From: an uncultured Mycoplasmatota bacterium
GTDB taxonomy: Bacteria; Bacillota_I; Bacilli_A; RF39; UBA660
Direction: 5' to 3'
NCBI GenBank assembly: GCA_948434005.1
Contig: CAOJEH010000001.1
Span: forward strand, 13,678 to 77,677
DNA: 64,000 nt
In this document: in pieces, positions 61,505 through 64,000 of the stretch
Position numbering within the stretch: position 1 is the first letter of the stretch
Layout of the letters: every line of letters starts with the position of its first letter
Translations under genes and position numbers: made by a program
The notes under the pieces: model-generated
Told to the model about the DNA's origin: nothing
Databases searched by the model: none
What the model saw: the letters and a program-made list of their open reading frames with translations, nothing else

Positions 61505-61792
61505 ATGAATAAGTATGAAATTACTTTTATCGTTAGACCTGATATGGAGGAAGCAGAAATTAAAAAAACTGCTGATACTATGAAGAAGGTGTTAACTGAT
61601 AAATCTGCAAAAGTAGAAGAAGAAAAAGCTTTGGGACAAAAAGATCTAGCATATGAAGTAAAAAAATATAAAACTGGATATTATTATTTCTTAGTTGTTA
61701 GTGCAGAACCACAAGCAATAGAAGAATTTAATCGTGTAGTAAAAATTAATGAAAGCGTAATTCGTCACTTAGTTGTAAGAGTAGAGGATTAA
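61505..61792 (+). CDS. rpsF: 30S ribosomal protein S6
   Basis: MNKYEITFIVRPDMEE start; 95 aa; rpsF-ssb-rpsR operon order. Confidence 0.95.
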   Translation: MNKYEITFIVRPDMEEAEIKKTADTMKKVLTDKSAKVEEEKALGQKDLAYEVKKYKTGYYYFLVVSAEPQAIEEFNRVVKINESVIRHLVVRVED

Positions 61793-61807
61793 AGAAGAGG
61801 TATTTAT

Positions 61808-62281
61808 ATGAATAAAGTATTTTTAATAGGAAGACTAACAAGAGATCCAGAATTAAGATATACTGGTAGCAATGTTCCAGTAGCGTCATTTTCACTAGCA
61901 GTTAATAGAACATATACAAATCAATCAGGAGAAAGAGAAGCAGATTTTATTAACATAGTTGTTTGGAGAAAACAAGCGGAAAATGTAAAAAATTATTTAC
62001 AACAAGGAAGCCAAGTTGCTATAGATGGTCGTATTCAGACTAGAACATATGATGATAAGGATGGAAATAAGAGATATGTTACAGAAGTAATTGCAGATAA
62101 TGTAGAGTTTTTAGGATCAAAATCATCAAATGCAGCTAGTGGTTCAGGAAATAATGATCAAGGTCCCACACCATATGACTTTGATAAAGCCCCTGATACA
62201 AAAGGAACTGATGTAGACAATAATCCTTTCGCAGATTTTGGATCAAGTATTGAAATAAGCGATGATGAATTACCATTTTAA
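61808..62281 (+). CDS. ssb: Single-stranded DNA-binding protein
   Basis: OB fold; acidic C-terminal tail ending DDELPF. Confidence 0.95.
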   Translation: MNKVFLIGRLTRDPELRYTGSNVPVASFSLAVNRTYTNQSGEREADFINIVVWRKQAENVKNYLQQGSQVAIDGRIQTRTYDDKDGNKRYVTEVIADNVEFLGSKSSNAASGSGNNDQGPTPYDFDKAPDTKGTDVDNNPFADFGSSIEISDDELPF

Positions 62282-62297
62282 GGAAGGGAGATAAACT

Positions 62298-62510
62298 ATG
62301 GGTTTTTATGGAAAGAAAAGAAAAGTATGTGCAATGTGTACTGGTAAAACAGTAAATTATAAGGACACAGAAACATTAAAAAGATATATAAATGAAAAAG
62401 GTAAAATCTTACCACGTAGAGTAACAGGAAACTGTGCTCGTCATCAAAGATTTATTGCAAGAGAAATAAAGAGAGCTCGTGCAATTGGATATTTACCATA
62501 TACAAAATAA
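62298..62510 (+). CDS. rpsR: 30S ribosomal protein S18
   Basis: [31 protein letters not shown] motif; 70 aa. Confidence 0.93.
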   Translation: MGFYGKKRKVCAMCTGKTVNYKDTETLKRYINEKGKILPRRVTGNCARHQRFIAREIKRARAIGYLPYTK

Positions 62511-62631
62511 TTAAGCAGGACAATTCCTGTTTTTTTGTTTCTATAATAAGTTTAATTTATATATACTAGTATCGACAAAAACTTAAAAATATTATATAAT
62601 CATTATGGGGGAAAGTATCTAGGAGGATAGT

Positions 62632-63621
62632 ATGGTAATTATAGATAAAAAAAAGAAATTAACAAGAAAAATTAAAAAAGCAAAAAATATCTTTATTATG
62701 GCTCATAAAGATCTAGATTTAGATGCACTAGGTAGTTCCATAGGAATGTATGTAATATTACAGAAGAAAAAGAAAAAATGCTATTTAGTAATAGATGATA
62801 CTAAACATGAGTTAGGTGTTGAAAAAATCTTAAAAGAATTAGAAGGATGCTTAACTATCATTAAAAGTAGTGAAGTAGAAAGTAAGTTGCATAGAAGACA
62901 AGAAAAAAATTTACTTTTAATACTAGATACAAATAAAAAAGAATTAGTTCAAAATGAAGATACATTAAAAAAGATAAAAAATAAAGTTGTAATAGATCAT
63001 CATAATTTAGGGAAAACAAGTATAAAAGATGCATTTATGATAATGGATGATGAAGCCTCAAGTACTTGCGAGATGGTAACTAATTTACTAGAAGGATATG
63101 ATATAGAAATAGATTCTTATTATGCAACTGTCCTACTATCAGGAATAGTTCTAGATACTAATAACTTTATGTTAAAAACAACATCTAATACATACTATAC
63201 TGCTTATTACTTATCATCTTTAGGAGCATCAGCTAAAAAAGTTCAATATTTATTAAAACAAGATTTATTAGAATATACTGAAAGAGAAAAACTATTAAGT
63301 AGAATAGAGATAATAAATGATAAGATTGCTTTTACAAAAGCTACACCTTATACAATATATAGAAGAGAAGATTTAGCTAAAATAGCAGATACACTTTTAT
63401 TCTTTAATGACATAGAAGCTTCATTTGTAGTAGGTAAAATTGGAAAAAATACTGTAGGTGTAAGTGGTAGAAGTCTAGGAAATTATAACATTGAAGATAT
63501 TTTAACTAATATCGGTGGCGGTGGAGATGAATATAATGGTGCTGCTAAATTTGAAAAGAAAAGTATAAGTAAAGTTGAGGAGTTATTAAAAAAAGAAATA
63601 AAGAAACAAGAAGGTGAATAA
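62632..63621 (+). CDS. Stand-alone DHH/DHHA1 phosphoesterase (GdpP/NrnA-like; candidate c-di-AMP or nanoRNA phosphodiesterase)
   Basis: Motif I HKDLDLDALGS; DHH in VVIDHHNLG; DHHA1 glycine motif GGGGDEYNGAA. Lies between rpsR and rplI, where B. subtilis has yybS-gdpP, but with no TM, PAS or GGDEF-like N-terminus. Confidence 0.75.
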   Translation: MVIIDKKKKLTRKIKKAKNIFIMAHKDLDLDALGSSIGMYVILQKKKKKCYLVIDDTKHELGVEKILKELEGCLTIIKSSEVESKLHRRQEKNLLLILDTNKKELVQNEDTLKKIKNKVVIDHHNLGKTSIKDAFMIMDDEASSTCEMVTNLLEGYDIEIDSYYATVLLSGIVLDTNNFMLKTTSNTYYTAYYLSSLGASAKKVQYLLKQDLLEYTEREKLLSRIEIINDKIAFTKATPYTIYRREDLAKIADTLLFFNDIEASFVVGKIGKNTVGVSGRSLGNYNIEDILTNIGGGGDEYNGAAKFEKKSISKVEELLKKEIKKQEGE

Positions 63622-63622
63622 A

Positions 63623-64000
63623 ATGCAAGTCATTTTTGTTAAAGATTTAAGAAAACAGGGTAAAAAAGGCGAAATAAAAACAGTAGCAGACGGATATGCA
63701 AAAAACTTTTTAATAAAGAATGGTTATGCCATACCAGTTAATGAAAGAAATATGAATAACCTTCAGCATGAAAGATTAAAAGAAGAAAAACTAGATCAAG
63801 AAAAGAAAAAAGATGCTACAAAAGAAAAAAAGAAACTAGAAGCAGAAAAAATAGAATTTCAAGTAAAAACAGGAAAAGACGATAAAGTCTTTGGTAGTAT
63901 AAGTCCAAAACAAATAAAAGAAGACTTAGATAAAAGAGGATATAAAATAGATAAGAAACAAATAGAATTAGAAAATAGTATTACATCATTAGGCTATCAC
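63623..64000 (+). CDS. rplI: 50S ribosomal protein L9 (3' end truncated by the window edge)
   Basis: MQVIFVKDLRKQGKKGEIKTVADGYAKNFLIKNGYAIPV typical L9 N-domain. Confidence 0.93.
   Translation, partial: MQVIFVKDLRKQGKKGEIKTVADGYAKNFLIKNGYAIPVNERNMNNLQHERLKEEKLDQEKKKDATKEKKKLEAEKIEFQVKTGKDDKVFGSISPKQIKEDLDKRGYKIDKKQIELENSITSLGYH

Overview
This is an origin-of-replication region from a very AT-rich, endospore-forming Firmicute. By eye the GC content is well under 30%, and codon usage is AAA/AGA/ATA-rich, as in Clostridium.

Origin and flanks. dnaA-dnaN-(comK-like)-recF-gyrB-gyrA lie on the minus strand. They are diverged from rpmH-rnpA-yidC-jag-mnmE-mnmG-rsmG-noc-soj-spo0J on the plus strand. 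The dnaA-rpmH intergenic region carries a cluster of DnaA boxes (oriC). To the left of gyrA is a block colinear with the B. subtilis origin-proximal region: parS x2, a small SRP RNA, tadA, dnaX, ybaB, recR, bofA, holB, yaaT, yabB, rsmI ... pth, mfd, spoVT, metG (with a T-box leader), tatD ... ksgA ... yabG, veg, spoVG, yabP, yabQ, divIC, tilS, ftsH, mscL. The right flank continues as mscS, DUF951, abgT, ychF, rpsF-ssb-rpsR, a stand-alone DHH/DHHA1 phosphoesterase and rplI.

Accessory content. Two insertions interrupt the conserved tatD-ksgA-yabG synteny:
- A SipW-type (ER-type) signal peptidase with three paralogous TasA-like proteins that look like SipW-cognate substrates.
- A FemAB-family gene followed by a two-gene cassette. 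The first gene is a 1276-aa multidomain protein: a papain-like cysteine protease with GLUG repeats, a Big_2 domain, Listeria-Bacteroides repeats and a C-terminal type-I dockerin. The second is a cohesin-like protein with cadherin-like repeats and a C-terminal membrane anchor. Together they look like a non-cellulosomal cohesin-dockerin surface system. The protease has no recognisable signal peptide, which is unexpected.

Other notable features:
- A ComK-family gene sits between dnaN and recF.
- The Noc orthologue carries a roughly 320-aa low-complexity insertion and lacks an N-terminal amphipathic helix.
- Two perfect parS sites lie in tandem next to the SRP RNA gene.
- Extra genes are inserted inside the rnpA-mnmE-mnmG cluster.

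No rRNA, tRNA, CRISPR array, transposase or integrase genes were recognised.
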